Shown here in pieces: positions 41,444 through 50,358 of a DNA stretch of 64,000 nucleotides (its first letter is position 1; every line of letters starts with the position of its first letter). Both the position numbers and the translations under genes were made by a program. The notes below the pieces were generated by a model, which was not told the origin of the DNA, made no database searches, and saw only the letters and a program-made list of their open reading frames with translations. This DNA comes from Burkholderiales bacterium (GTDB taxonomy: Bacteria; Pseudomonadota; Gammaproteobacteria; Burkholderiales; SHXO01): assembly GCA_036787045.1 (NCBI GenBank), contig DAIQQA010000005.1, positions 14,772 to 78,771 on the forward strand. Direction: 5' to 3'.

Positions 41444-42178
41444 ATGCGAATCGCGATCCTGGAAGACGATGTTTCCCAGACCGAGCTTCTCAGCCATTGG
41501 CTGCAGCTTGCCGGGCACCATCCCCACGCCTTCGAGCAGGGGGCCAACCTGCTGCGTGCACTCGAGCGCGAAAGCTTCGACGCACTGCTGCTGGACTGGA
41601 ACGTGCCGGATCTGAGCGGTGTCGAGGTGCTCAAGCGCGTGCGCAGCCGCTTGCACTCGTCCGTGCCCGTGCTGTTCGTGACCGCGCGCAACCGCGAAGA
41701 CGACGTGGTAACGGCGTTGCGCGAGGGGGCAGACGACTACATGGTCAAGCCGGTTCGGCGCCTCGAGCTGCTCGCACGCCTGGAGGCCCTGTCGCGCCGC
41801 GGGCGTCATGCCAACGACCAGGCCGAAGTCCTGGAGGTGGATGCCTTCCGCGTCGACTGTCAGACCCGCACCGTGCTGCGCAAGGGCCAGGGTGTCGACC
41901 TCACGGCCAAGGACTTCGACCTCTCGGTGCTGTTCCTGCGCAATGTCGGCAGGCTGCTCTCCCGCGGCCACATTCGTGAGACCGTGTGGGGGCCCAATGC
42001 CGTGGTGACCTCGCGTACGTTGGATACGCACGTGAGCCGCATCCGCAACAAGCTCGGGCTCACTCCGGAGCACGGCTGGCGGCTGGCGGCGGTGTATCGT
42101 TACGGCTACCGGCTCGAACAGCTCGATCCTGCCGCCGTCGCGCGCGCGCGCGCCGACGATCCCAAGGCCGCGGCCTAG
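41444..42178 (+). CDS. OmpR-family DNA-binding response regulator
   Basis: 244 aa. Receiver (ILEDD, LLLDWNVPDLSG, DYMVKP) plus winged-helix output (LDTHVSRIRNKL, YGYRL). Confidence 0.9.
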   Translation: MRIAILEDDVSQTELLSHWLQLAGHHPHAFEQGANLLRALERESFDALLLDWNVPDLSGVEVLKRVRSRLHSSVPVLFVTARNREDDVVTALREGADDYMVKPVRRLELLARLEALSRRGRHANDQAEVLEVDAFRVDCQTRTVLRKGQGVDLTAKDFDLSVLFLRNVGRLLSRGHIRETVWGPNAVVTSRTLDTHVSRIRNKLGLTPEHGWRLAAVYRYGYRLEQLDPAAVARARADDPKAAA

Positions 42179-42190
42179 AGTCAAAGCCTC

Positions 42191-42310
42191 ACCGCGAAGG
42201 CGCAAAGGTTGCGCAAAGCAACCGAGGGGTGCGCGCGCGGCCTTGACCACTTTTCTGGGTATCCTGAGAGGGTCCTTTGCGGCACCTTCGCGCCTTTGCG
42301 CCTTTGCGGT
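42191..42310. repeat. inverted tandem-unit element, CGCAAAGG type
   Basis: Left arm ACCGCGAAGGCGCAAAGGTTGCGCAAAG (42191-42218). Right arm CCTTTGCGGCACCTTCGCGCCTTTGCGCCTTTGCGGT (42274-42310). The terminal 18 nt are reverse complements at 17/18. Same unit as the 25451-25624 element. Confidence 0.8.
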
Positions 42311-42379
42311 CCTCGTCGCAGTAGGGTTTTGGTCAGTGGGGCGCAGGCTATAATCCCGCGCGTCCCCTCGGGAACTCGC

Positions 42380-42688
42380 ATGAGCTACTACCAGTATCAC
42401 GTATTCTTCTGCTGCAACCAGCGTGAGCCCGGCAGGGCCTGCTGCAACAACCACGGCGCCCAGGACATCCGCGACTACGCCAAGAAACGGGTCAAGGAGC
42501 TGGGCCTGTCCGGCCCGGGAAAGGTGCGGGTCAACCAGGCCGGTTGCATGGACCGCTGCGAGGAAGGCCCGGTGCTCGTGGTCTATCCAGAAGGCGTCTG
42601 GTACACCTACGTCGACCGCGCCGACGTGGACGAGATCATCGAGGAGCACCTGGGCAAGGGACGCCTGGTCGAGCGGTTGCGCATTTGA
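42380..42688 (+). CDS. (2Fe-2S) ferredoxin-like / thioredoxin-fold protein
   Basis: ATG 42380. MSYYQYHVFFCCNQREPGRACCNNHGA...AGCMDRCEEGPVLVVYPEGVWY, a Cys pattern typical of the 2Fe-2S thioredoxin-like ferredoxin family. Confidence 0.75.
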   Translation: MSYYQYHVFFCCNQREPGRACCNNHGAQDIRDYAKKRVKELGLSGPGKVRVNQAGCMDRCEEGPVLVVYPEGVWYTYVDRADVDEIIEEHLGKGRLVERLRI

Positions 42689-43296
42689 AACTCCCGGCGG
42701 AGGAGCGCGTGCTGTTGCCGGGTCCCGCAGGGAACCTGGAGGTCCTGGTGAACGACCCGGGGGAACGGCGACGCGGCCTCGCCCTCATCGCGCATCCCCA
42801 TCCGCTTTATGGCGGCACCCTGGACAACAAGGTCGTCCAGACGCTTGCCAAGAGCTTCTTCGCTCAGTCCTACGTCGCGGTGCGGATGAACTTCCGCGGG
42901 GTCGGCGCCAGCGAGGGCGTGTTCGATGAAGGGCGGGGAGAAACCCAGGACTGGCTCGTCGTTGCGCAAGCCATGCGTGCCCGCTTCGGCGAGCTGCCGC
43001 TGGCGCTGGCTGGCTTCTCCTTCGGGGCCTTTGTGCAGTCACGGGTGGCCGAGCAGCTTCGGCCCGATCGTCTGGTGCTCGTGGCCCCGGCAGTGGGCCG
43101 TTTCCCGGTGGCCGCGGTCCCCGAGCACACGCTGGTCGTGCACGGGGAAGACGACGACGTCGTCGCGCTCTCGGACGTGCTGAACTGGGCACGGCCCCAA
43201 TCCCTGCCTGTCGTGGTGCTTCCGGGCGCCGGGCACTTCTTCCACGGCCGGCTGATCGAGCTCGCGCGGATCCTGCAGCGATCCTGTCCCTGCTGA
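42685..43296 (+). CDS. alpha/beta hydrolase fold protein
   Basis: TTG 42685 overlaps the ferredoxin stop (TTGA). [17 protein letters not shown] and nucleophile-elbow-like GFSFGA blocks. Start uncertain. Confidence 0.65.
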   Translation: MKLPAEERVLLPGPAGNLEVLVNDPGERRRGLALIAHPHPLYGGTLDNKVVQTLAKSFFAQSYVAVRMNFRGVGASEGVFDEGRGETQDWLVVAQAMRARFGELPLALAGFSFGAFVQSRVAEQLRPDRLVLVAPAVGRFPVAAVPEHTLVVHGEDDDVVALSDVLNWARPQSLPVVVLPGAGHFFHGRLIELARILQRSCPC

Positions 43297-44201
43297 TGCT
43301 CAAGCTGCAGGGCGTGCGCAAAGCCTATGGCACCAACGAGGTGGTGTGCGGCGTCGACCTCGAGCTCGTGCCCGGCGAATGCTACGGCCTGCTCGGCCCC
43401 AATGGCGCCGGAAAGACCACCACGCTGCGCCTGGCGTTGGGCCTTGCTGAGCCGGACGCAGGGGAGATCACCCTGCTCGGCGAGCCGATCCCGCGCCGTG
43501 CCAGGGAGGCGCGGGTGCGCCTGGGGGTGGTGCCGCAGGTGGACAACCTCGACCCCGACTTCACCGTGGCGGAGAACCTCCTCGTCTATGGCCGTTACTT
43601 CGGGCTGCGCGACCAGGACGTGCGCGACCGCATTCCCCGGCTGCTGCAGTTCGCCGGGCTCGAATCGCGCGCCAGCTCACGCATCCAAGCGTTGTCAGGG
43701 GGAATGAAGCGGCGGCTGGCGCTGGCGCGGGCGCTGGTCAACGACCCGGACCTGATCTTCCTGGATGAGCCTACCACCGGGCTCGACCCGCAGGCACGCC
43801 ACCTCATCTGGGAGCGGCTCAAGCAGCTGGTTGCGCAGGGCAAGACCATCCTGCTCACTACCCATTTCATGGACGAGGCCGAGCGCCTGTGCGACCGTCT
43901 CAGCGTGATGGACCGCGGCCGCCTGATCTGCACCGGCTCGCCCGCGCAGCTGATCGCGCAGCATATCGAGCCACAGGTGGTCGAGGTCTATGGCGAGGGC
44001 TCTGAGCAATGGGCGCTGCGCCATGGCCGACAGCTATGCCAGCGCTGCGAGCGTGCCGGCGAGACGGTATTCTGCTACACGCGTGAGGCGGAGCCGGCGC
44101 TACGCACGCTCGAGGGGCGGGACGATCTGCGTTACCTGCACCGCCGCGCCAACCTGGAGGACGTGTTCCTGAAGCTCACCGGGCGCGATCTGCGCGACTG
44201 A
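43296..44201 (+). CDS. ABC-2 type exporter ATP-binding protein (NodI-like)
   Basis: Walker [10 protein letters not shown], signature [15 protein letters not shown], Walker [13 protein letters not shown]. Confidence 0.88.
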   Translation: MLKLQGVRKAYGTNEVVCGVDLELVPGECYGLLGPNGAGKTTTLRLALGLAEPDAGEITLLGEPIPRRAREARVRLGVVPQVDNLDPDFTVAENLLVYGRYFGLRDQDVRDRIPRLLQFAGLESRASSRIQALSGGMKRRLALARALVNDPDLIFLDEPTTGLDPQARHLIWERLKQLVAQGKTILLTTHFMDEAERLCDRLSVMDRGRLICTGSPAQLIAQHIEPQVVEVYGEGSEQWALRHGRQLCQRCERAGETVFCYTREAEPALRTLEGRDDLRYLHRRANLEDVFLKLTGRDLRD

Positions 44202-44214
44202 TCCACACTCCACC

Positions 44215-45000
44215 ATGCGAGCCAAGCACTTCGCCCCACCTCGCCTGTCTCTGCGCAGCCTGCAGGTCTGGCGGCGCCACCTGCTGGTCTGGCGCAAGCT
44301 GGCGATCCCCTCCATGCTGGGTAACCTGGCCGATCCCATGTTCTACATGCTCGCCCTGGGATACGGCCTGGGCGCGCTGCTGCCGAAGGTGAACGGCACG
44401 CCCTACATCACTTTTCTGGCTGCCGGCACGGTTTGCTACAGCACTATGAACAGCGCGACCTTCGAGTCGCTCTACTCTGCATTCTCGCGCATGCACGTGC
44501 AGCGCACCTGGGATGCGATCCTGAACGCGCCCGTGAACCTGGATGACATCGTCTTCGCCGAAGCCTTGTGGGCCGCGGCCAAGAGCTTCCTGTCGGGGAT
44601 GGCGATCCTGCTGATCATCTGGCTGCTGGGCCTGTCCCACTCGCCGCTGTTGCTGTGGCTGATTCCGCTCACGGTGCTGATCGGGCTGACTTTCGGCTCC
44701 CTCGGCCTCACCATGACGGCGCTGTCGCCGAGCTACGATTTCTTTCTCTACTACTTCACGCTTGCCATTACGCCGATGGTCCTGCTGTGCGGAGTGTTCT
44801 TTCCGGTGACGCAGCTGCCGGCGTTCCTGCAGCAGGTCTCTGTAGTGCTCCCCCTCACTCACGCCATTGAGCTGGCGCGCCCGCTGATCAACGGTAAGGT
44901 GCCGCAGGCCGCACTGCTGCATGTAGCCGTGCTGGCAGCCTACGCGGCAGTCGGGTTCTATGCGGCGCTGGTCCTGACCCGCCGCCGATTGCTGACCTGA
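44215..45000 (+). CDS. ABC-2 type exporter permease (NodJ-like)
   Basis: 261-aa six-TM ORF directly after the ATPase gene. Confidence 0.8.
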   Translation: MRAKHFAPPRLSLRSLQVWRRHLLVWRKLAIPSMLGNLADPMFYMLALGYGLGALLPKVNGTPYITFLAAGTVCYSTMNSATFESLYSAFSRMHVQRTWDAILNAPVNLDDIVFAEALWAAAKSFLSGMAILLIIWLLGLSHSPLLLWLIPLTVLIGLTFGSLGLTMTALSPSYDFFLYYFTLAITPMVLLCGVFFPVTQLPAFLQQVSVVLPLTHAIELARPLINGKVPQAALLHVAVLAAYAAVGFYAALVLTRRRLLT

Positions 45001-45046
45001 GCCGCGGTTGCGCCGACACCTTATCCAAACGATCTCGCCCTTCGAC

Positions 45047-45472
45047 ATGCTCTGGGTCAAGTCGCTGCACATCATATTCATGGTCACCTGGTTTGCCGGC
45101 CTGTTCTACCTGCCGCGACTGTTCGTCTACCACGCGCTGAGTCTCGATGCTTCCGACGGGGTCGGCGCCGAGCGCTTCAAGGTGATGGAGCGCAAGCTCT
45201 ACTACGGCATCATGACGCCCGGGGCGATCCTGACCGTCGGATTCGGGTTGTGGCTCTGGCTGAGCTGGTTCCGCGATGCGGGCGGCTGGATGCACGCTAA
45301 GTTGGCGTTGGTGGCTATCCTCATCGGGTATCACGTCTGGTGCGGCCGACTGGTTCGGGCGTTCAGGGACGATCGCAACGTCCACGGTCACGTCTGGTTC
45401 CGCTGGTTCAACGAGTTCCCGGTGCTGCTCCTGGCCGGCGCCGTGATACTCGTCGTGGTAAAGCCGTTCTGA
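45047..45472 (+). CDS. hemJ: protoporphyrinogen IX oxidase HemJ
   Basis: ATG 45047. MLWVKSLHIIFMVTWFAGLFYLPRLFVYH matches the HemJ (TIGR00701-type) N-terminus. Four TM segments. Confidence 0.8.
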   Translation: MLWVKSLHIIFMVTWFAGLFYLPRLFVYHALSLDASDGVGAERFKVMERKLYYGIMTPGAILTVGFGLWLWLSWFRDAGGWMHAKLALVAILIGYHVWCGRLVRAFRDDRNVHGHVWFRWFNEFPVLLLAGAVILVVVKPF

Positions 45473-45475
45473 CCC

Positions 45476-45847
45476 GTGGCACGGCTCCTGGCACTGCTGG
45501 CGGTGTTCGTCCACGTCGGCAGCGGTCATGCACAGACCAGTGAGATCCTGCTGCAGACCTCGCTCACCGCCGGCCTCGCACACCACGAGGCCAAAGCGGT
45601 CTGGGAGCAGATGAAGCCGGGCGACGTTCTGGTGCTTGCGCGCGAACCGTCGAACCAGCATGACCCGAACGCAGTTCGGGTGGAATGGAACGGGCACGTC
45701 CTCGGCTATCTTCCGCGCAACAACAACGAGGCTGTGGCCCGTCAGATCGATCGCGGCAATCGGTTACAGGCGCGCATTATTCAGCTCGGCAAGTACCGCA
45801 ACCACCGCCGGCGGCTCGAGGTCGAGGTCTACCTGCCCATGCAATGA
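45476..45847 (+). CDS. HIRAN domain-containing protein with signal-like N-terminus
   Basis: GTG 45476. LVLAREPSNQHDPNAVRVEWNGHVLGYLPR matches the HIRAN core. N-terminus ARLLALLAVFVHVGSGHA-QT looks like a cleavable signal peptide. Confidence 0.65.
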   Translation: MARLLALLAVFVHVGSGHAQTSEILLQTSLTAGLAHHEAKAVWEQMKPGDVLVLAREPSNQHDPNAVRVEWNGHVLGYLPRNNNEAVARQIDRGNRLQARIIQLGKYRNHRRRLEVEVYLPMQ

Positions 45848-45851
45848 GCCA

Positions 45852-47036
45852 ATGAGCAGCCCGCATTCGTCTTCCGCTGCACTCCAGCGCTTCTTCTGCC
45901 CCTGCCCGCGCGGGCTGGAGGAGGCGCTGGAGCGCGAGCTCGCCCGGCTGGGCGCCAACGCGCTCCAGCGAGTCGACGGTGGCGTCGCCTTCCAGGGTGA
46001 CCTGGCGATCTGCTATCGCATCAACCTGGAAAGCCGCATCGCCAGCCGGGTCCTTTGGCAGATCCTGCGCGTGCCCTACCGCAACGAGGACGATGTCTAT
46101 CGCGCGGCGAACGGGCCGAGCTGGCGCGACTGGTTCAGCCCCGACCACACCATCCGGGTGAATGTCTCCGCGGTGGGCAGCCCACTACGCAGCCTCGACT
46201 TCATCACGCTCAAGATCAAGGACGCCGTGTGCGACAAGCTCCGGGCGCAGACCGGGCGACGTCCGAGCGTGGATACCGCGAGCCCCGATGTGCGCATCCA
46301 CGCCTTCTTCGACGAGCACAGGTTCACTCTCTACCTCGACACCAGCGGCGAGCCTCTGTTCAAGCGCGGGCTGCGCAAGAGCGCAGGGGAAGCGCCGTTG
46401 CGCGAGAACTTGGCTGCGGGCGTTCTCCAGCTCACCGGCTGGCAGCCCGGCACACCGCTGCTCGACCCCATGTGCGGCAGCGGGACCTTTCTGATGGAGG
46501 CGGCGGAGATCGCGCTGTGTCGCGCGCCGGGGGCGCGGCGCAGCTTCGGATTCGAGAAGCTGGCGGGCTTCGATGCATCGCTCTGGCAGCGCATCCGTAA
46601 CCAGGCGCAGCAAGCGGAACAGCCTGTGCACCTGCTGGAGGTCTTCGGTAGCGACCTGTATGGTTCGCAGCTGCAGCTCGCGCGGCAGAACCTCGCGGCC
46701 GCCGGGCTCGAGAACGCGGTGCAGCTCAAGCAGGCGAATGTGGTGGAGCTATCGCCGCCGGTGCCCGGCGGCGTGCTGCTGACCAACCCACCGTATGGTG
46801 TGCGCCTGGGCGAGCAGCAGGACCTTGCGGCCTTCTACCCGAAGCTGGGCGATGCGCTCAAGCAGCGTTTTACCGGCTGGCGCGCCTGCATCTTCACGGC
46901 GGACTTGCGCCTGCCGAAGCTGATCGGGCTCAAGCCGGCGCGCCGTATCCCGCTCTACAATGGCGCGCTGGAATGCCGGCTATATATCTTCGAGCTGGTC
47001 GCCGGCAGCCTGCGGCGCCAGCGCACCGACGGGTGA
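45852..47036 (+). CDS. THUMP domain-containing class I SAM-dependent RNA methyltransferase (RlmL-like)
   Basis: ATG 45852. FFCPCPRGLEEALERELARLG N-terminus, THUMP region, and MTase motifs DPMCGSGTF and NPPYG. Confidence 0.8.
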   Translation: MSSPHSSSAALQRFFCPCPRGLEEALERELARLGANALQRVDGGVAFQGDLAICYRINLESRIASRVLWQILRVPYRNEDDVYRAANGPSWRDWFSPDHTIRVNVSAVGSPLRSLDFITLKIKDAVCDKLRAQTGRRPSVDTASPDVRIHAFFDEHRFTLYLDTSGEPLFKRGLRKSAGEAPLRENLAAGVLQLTGWQPGTPLLDPMCGSGTFLMEAAEIALCRAPGARRSFGFEKLAGFDASLWQRIRNQAQQAEQPVHLLEVFGSDLYGSQLQLARQNLAAAGLENAVQLKQANVVELSPPVPGGVLLTNPPYGVRLGEQQDLAAFYPKLGDALKQRFTGWRACIFTADLRLPKLIGLKPARRIPLYNGALECRLYIFELVAGSLRRQRTDG

Positions 47037-47040
47037 CGCA

Positions 47041-47060
47041 GCCGCGCACAGGTGCGCGGC
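47041..47060. terminator. GC hairpin between convergent genes (possible bidirectional terminator)
   Basis: GCCGCGCAC-ag-GTGCGCGGC perfect palindrome, 5 nt after the methyltransferase stop. TTTT at 47077-47080. Confidence 0.4.
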
Positions 47061-47103
47061 GGGGTGAAGCGAATGGTTTTGCTCCTCACCCCTCACGCCT
47101 CAC
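47061..47103. repeat. small inverted tandem-unit element, GTGAGGC type
   Basis: GGGGTGAAGCG (47061-47071) is identical to an 11-mer in the 60259-60328 array. It faces CCTCACCCCTCACGCCTCAC (47084-47103). The pilU stop codon is the TGA of the last unit. Confidence 0.65.
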
Positions 47104-48236
47104 ACGATGTTCAGGTGATCGATGCCGTCCATGATGTCCTTGTCCTTGGCCTCCTGGCCATGCAGCTTGATCGCGAGCCGCAGCTCGTTCATGGAGTCGG
47201 CGTTGCGCATGGCGTCCTCGTAGCTGATCAGGCGCGCTTCGTACAGGTCGAACAGCGCCTGGTCGAAGGTCTGCATGCCCAGCTCGCGGGACTTCTTCAT
47301 GATCTCCTTGATCTCGTGCACCTCGCCCTTGAAGATGAGATCGGAGATGAGCGGCGTGTTGAGCATGATCTCGATCGCCGCCACCCGTCCCGGACCGTCG
47401 CGGCGCGGGATCAGGCGCTGAGAGATCATGCCCTTCAAGTTCAGCGACAAGTCCATCAGCAGCTGGGCGCGGCGCTCTTCGGGGAAGAAGTTGATGATCC
47501 GGTCCAGCGCCTGGTTCGAACTGTTCGCGTGCAGCGTTCCCAGACACAGGTGACCGGTCTCGGCGAACGCGATGGCGTGGTCCATGGTTTCGCGGTCGCG
47601 GATCTCGCCGATCAGGATCACGTCGGGCGCCTGCCGCAACGTGTTCTTCAGCGCCGCATGCCAGGATTCGGTGTCGACCCCGACCTCGCGCTGTGTGATC
47701 AGGCAGTTCTTGTGGTCGTGCACGTACTCGATGGGGTCCTCGATCGTGATGATGTGCCCATAGCTGTTCTCGTTGCGGTAGCCGATCATCGCCGCGAGCG
47801 AGGTCGACTTGCCCGAGCCGGTGGCACCCACCACGATCACCAGTCCGCGCTTGGTCATCACCACGTCCTTGAGCACGTCGGGCAAGCCCAGATCCTCGAC
47901 GCGGGGAATCTGGGTGGTGATGGTCCGCAGCACCACGCCCACCCGTGCCTGCTGCACGAAGGCGTTGACCCGGAAACGGCCGATGCCGGGAGGGCTGATC
48001 GCGAAGTTGCACTCCTTGGAGCCCTCGAACTCCTGGGCCTGCTTGTCGTTCATGATGGCCCGCGCGATCTCCATGGTGTGCGTGGGCGTCAGGCTCTGGT
48101 TGGACACCGGTGTCATCTTCCCGTCGACCTTGAAGGCCGGCGGGAAGCCCGCCGTAATGAACAGGTCGGAGGCCTTCTTGCTGACCATCACGCGCAGCAG
48201 CTCGTGGACGAACTTGATTGCCTGATCTCTTTCCAT
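47100..48236 (-). CDS. pilU: type IV pilus retraction ATPase PilU
   Basis: 378 aa. Walker A GATGSGKST. PilT/PilU family blocks (GEIRDRETM, TLHANS). Downstream of pilT. Confidence 0.88.
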   Translation of the reverse strand: MERDQAIKFVHELLRVMVSKKASDLFITAGFPPAFKVDGKMTPVSNQSLTPTHTMEIARAIMNDKQAQEFEGSKECNFAISPPGIGRFRVNAFVQQARVGVVLRTITTQIPRVEDLGLPDVLKDVVMTKRGLVIVVGATGSGKSTSLAAMIGYRNENSYGHIITIEDPIEYVHDHKNCLITQREVGVDTESWHAALKNTLRQAPDVILIGEIRDRETMDHAIAFAETGHLCLGTLHANSSNQALDRIINFFPEERRAQLLMDLSLNLKGMISQRLIPRRDGPGRVAAIEIMLNTPLISDLIFKGEVHEIKEIMKKSRELGMQTFDQALFDLYEARLISYEDAMRNADSMNELRLAIKLHGQEAKDKDIMDGIDHLNIV

Positions 48237-48270
48237 ATGTCCTTCCTCCTGGAGCCTTGCGGCCCGCGGC

Positions 48271-49314
48271 TTAGCCCGGGAACATATCCTTGTTCGCCGC
48301 CTTCACGCGCGCCTCTGCGGACGCCACAACGTTGCGCTTCACCAGCTCCTGCAGGTTCTGATCCAGCGTCTGCATGCCGTATTGCTGGCCGGTCTGGATC
48401 GAGGAATACATCTGCGCGATCTTGTTCTCCCGGATCAGGTTGCGGATGGCGGGCGTGCCGATCATGATCTCGTGTGCGGCCACGCGCCCGGTGCCGTCTT
48501 TGGTCTTGAGCAGCGTTTGCGAGATCACCGCGCGCAGCGACTCCGACAGCATGGCGCGCACCATCTCCTTTTCGGCCGCGGGGAACACGTCGATGACCCG
48601 GTCGACGGTCTTGGCGGCCGAGCTCGTGTGCAGGGTACCGAACACCAGGTGACCCGTCTCGGCTGCGGTCAGTGCCAGGCGGATCGTCTCGAGGTCGCGC
48701 ATCTCGCCCACCAGGATGAAGTCCGGATCCTCCCGCAGCGCTGAGCGCAGGGCGTTGGAGAAGGACAGCGTATGCGGGCCGACCTCACGCTGGTTGATCA
48801 GGCACTTCTTGCTTTCGTGCACGAACTCGATCGGATCCTCGACGGTGAGGATGTGGCCGTACTCGTTCTCGTTGATGTAGTTGACCATCGCCGCCAGCGT
48901 GGTCGACTTGCCGGAGCCGGTCGGTCCCGTCACCAGGACGATCCCGCGCGGCTGCTCGGAGATCTCCTTGAAGATGGCGGGCGCCTTGAGGTCTTCCAGC
49001 GACAGCACCTTGGAAGGAATCGTCCGCATCACTGCACCGGCGCCGCGCTGCTGCACGAAGGCGTTGACGCGGAAGCGTGCGAGGTTAGGGATGGCAAACG
49101 AGAAGTCGCACTCCAGATTCTCCTCGTAGTGCTTACGCTGCGCATCGTTCATGATGTCGTACACCATGGCGTGCACGTCCTTGTGCTCCATGGGCGGCAG
49201 ATTGATGCGCCGTACGTCGCCATGCACGCGGATCATCGGCGGCAGGCCGGCGGACAGGTGCAGGTCGGAGGCCTTGTTCTTGACCACGAAGGCAAGAAGT
49301 TCGGAGATGTCCAT
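48271..49314 (-). CDS. pilT: type IV pilus twitching motility ATPase PilT
   Basis: ATG 49314 (MDISELLAFVVKNKASDLHL). Walker A GPTGSGKST, GEMRDLETI, TLHTSSA, AIRNLIRE. Confidence 0.93.
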   Translation of the reverse strand: MDISELLAFVVKNKASDLHLSAGLPPMIRVHGDVRRINLPPMEHKDVHAMVYDIMNDAQRKHYEENLECDFSFAIPNLARFRVNAFVQQRGAGAVMRTIPSKVLSLEDLKAPAIFKEISEQPRGIVLVTGPTGSGKSTTLAAMVNYINENEYGHILTVEDPIEFVHESKKCLINQREVGPHTLSFSNALRSALREDPDFILVGEMRDLETIRLALTAAETGHLVFGTLHTSSAAKTVDRVIDVFPAAEKEMVRAMLSESLRAVISQTLLKTKDGTGRVAAHEIMIGTPAIRNLIRENKIAQMYSSIQTGQQYGMQTLDQNLQELVKRNVVASAEARVKAANKDMFPG

Positions 49315-49554
49315 CTTCAGGTTCCTGTTCGGTTCTCGGTGCGGCTGGCCGGCCGGTTGGCCGGGCAAACCCCGGGACGCACGGCCAGCGTGCGCATCTT
49401 CCCACGATCAAACGCGTGGGCGGCCTGTCGCCTGCTTGCTGCAGAGGCGCTCGCGTCGTCGTGACGCTGAAGAAAGCGTGCCGGAACCCTATCGGAATGC
49501 CGGTCGCGGCGGGCAAAATAGCAGGCAAATCCTGTGCCCGAATACTGGAGCATT

Positions 49555-50250
49555 ATGGTCACGGTCCAAGAGGGGCTGCAAGCGGTGGTTCGCCGCATCG
49601 AGGCGGCGGCGCGGGCGGCCGGCCGCGACCCTGCAACGGTGTGCCTGGTCGCGGTAAGCAAGACCTTTGCCCCGCCTGAGCTGCGTGCAGCCTGGGCAGC
49701 TGGACAGCGGGCCTTCGGCGAGAACTACGTGCAGGAAGCGCTGGACAAGATGGGGTGCCTCGCGGATCTGGACATCGAGTGGCATTTCATCGGGCCGATC
49801 CAGGGCAATAAGACGCGCCCGATCGCCGAGCACTTTCACTGGGTGCACAGCGTCGATCGGCTCAAGATCGCCCGGCGCCTGAGCGAAGCCCGGCCCGGCA
49901 CGCTCCCGCCGCTGCAGATCTGCCTGCAGGTCAACATCGGGGGGGAGGACAGCAAGAGCGGCGTGCCGCCCGAGGAGCTCGAAGAGCTTGCCCGGGCTGT
50001 GGTCGGGTTGCCCCGTCTCGTGCTGCGCGGGCTGATGACGGTTCCCCGACCGACAACCGATCCGCTGGCACAGCGGGCCCAGTTCCGCGCGCTGCGGGAG
50101 CTGCGCGATCGGCTGGCCGCCGGGGCTGGCATTGCGCTGGACACGCTGTCGATGGGCATGTCCGAGGATCTGGAGGCTGCGATCGCGGAGGGTGCCACGA
50201 TGGTGCGCGTCGGCCGCGCGATCTTCGGCGAGCGTCCGCGCAAAGCCTGA
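49555..50250 (+). CDS. yggS: YggS-family pyridoxal phosphate homeostasis protein
   Basis: ATG 49555 (GGAG 4 nt upstream; GTG 49534 is an alternative). PLP lysine context VAVSKTF. WHFIGPIQGNK block. Confidence 0.88.
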   Translation: MVTVQEGLQAVVRRIEAAARAAGRDPATVCLVAVSKTFAPPELRAAWAAGQRAFGENYVQEALDKMGCLADLDIEWHFIGPIQGNKTRPIAEHFHWVHSVDRLKIARRLSEARPGTLPPLQICLQVNIGGEDSKSGVPPEELEELARAVVGLPRLVLRGLMTVPRPTTDPLAQRAQFRALRELRDRLAAGAGIALDTLSMGMSEDLEAAIAEGATMVRVGRAIFGERPRKA

Positions 50251-50358
50251 TCTGCGCGGCGCTGTGCCGGTGCGTCCAGACGTCTACCTGGTTGCTATAC
50301 TGCGCGTCCGCCCGGTGCAGCTCGTCCTGGGCATCCCCAGAACCCAAGGAGAAAAACC

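Noticed and set aside
42209-42379. N-terminal 57 codons of ORF 42209..42688
   Set aside because: They are the CGCAAAGG repeat element read as protein. The ferredoxin-like family sequence begins at ATG 42380.
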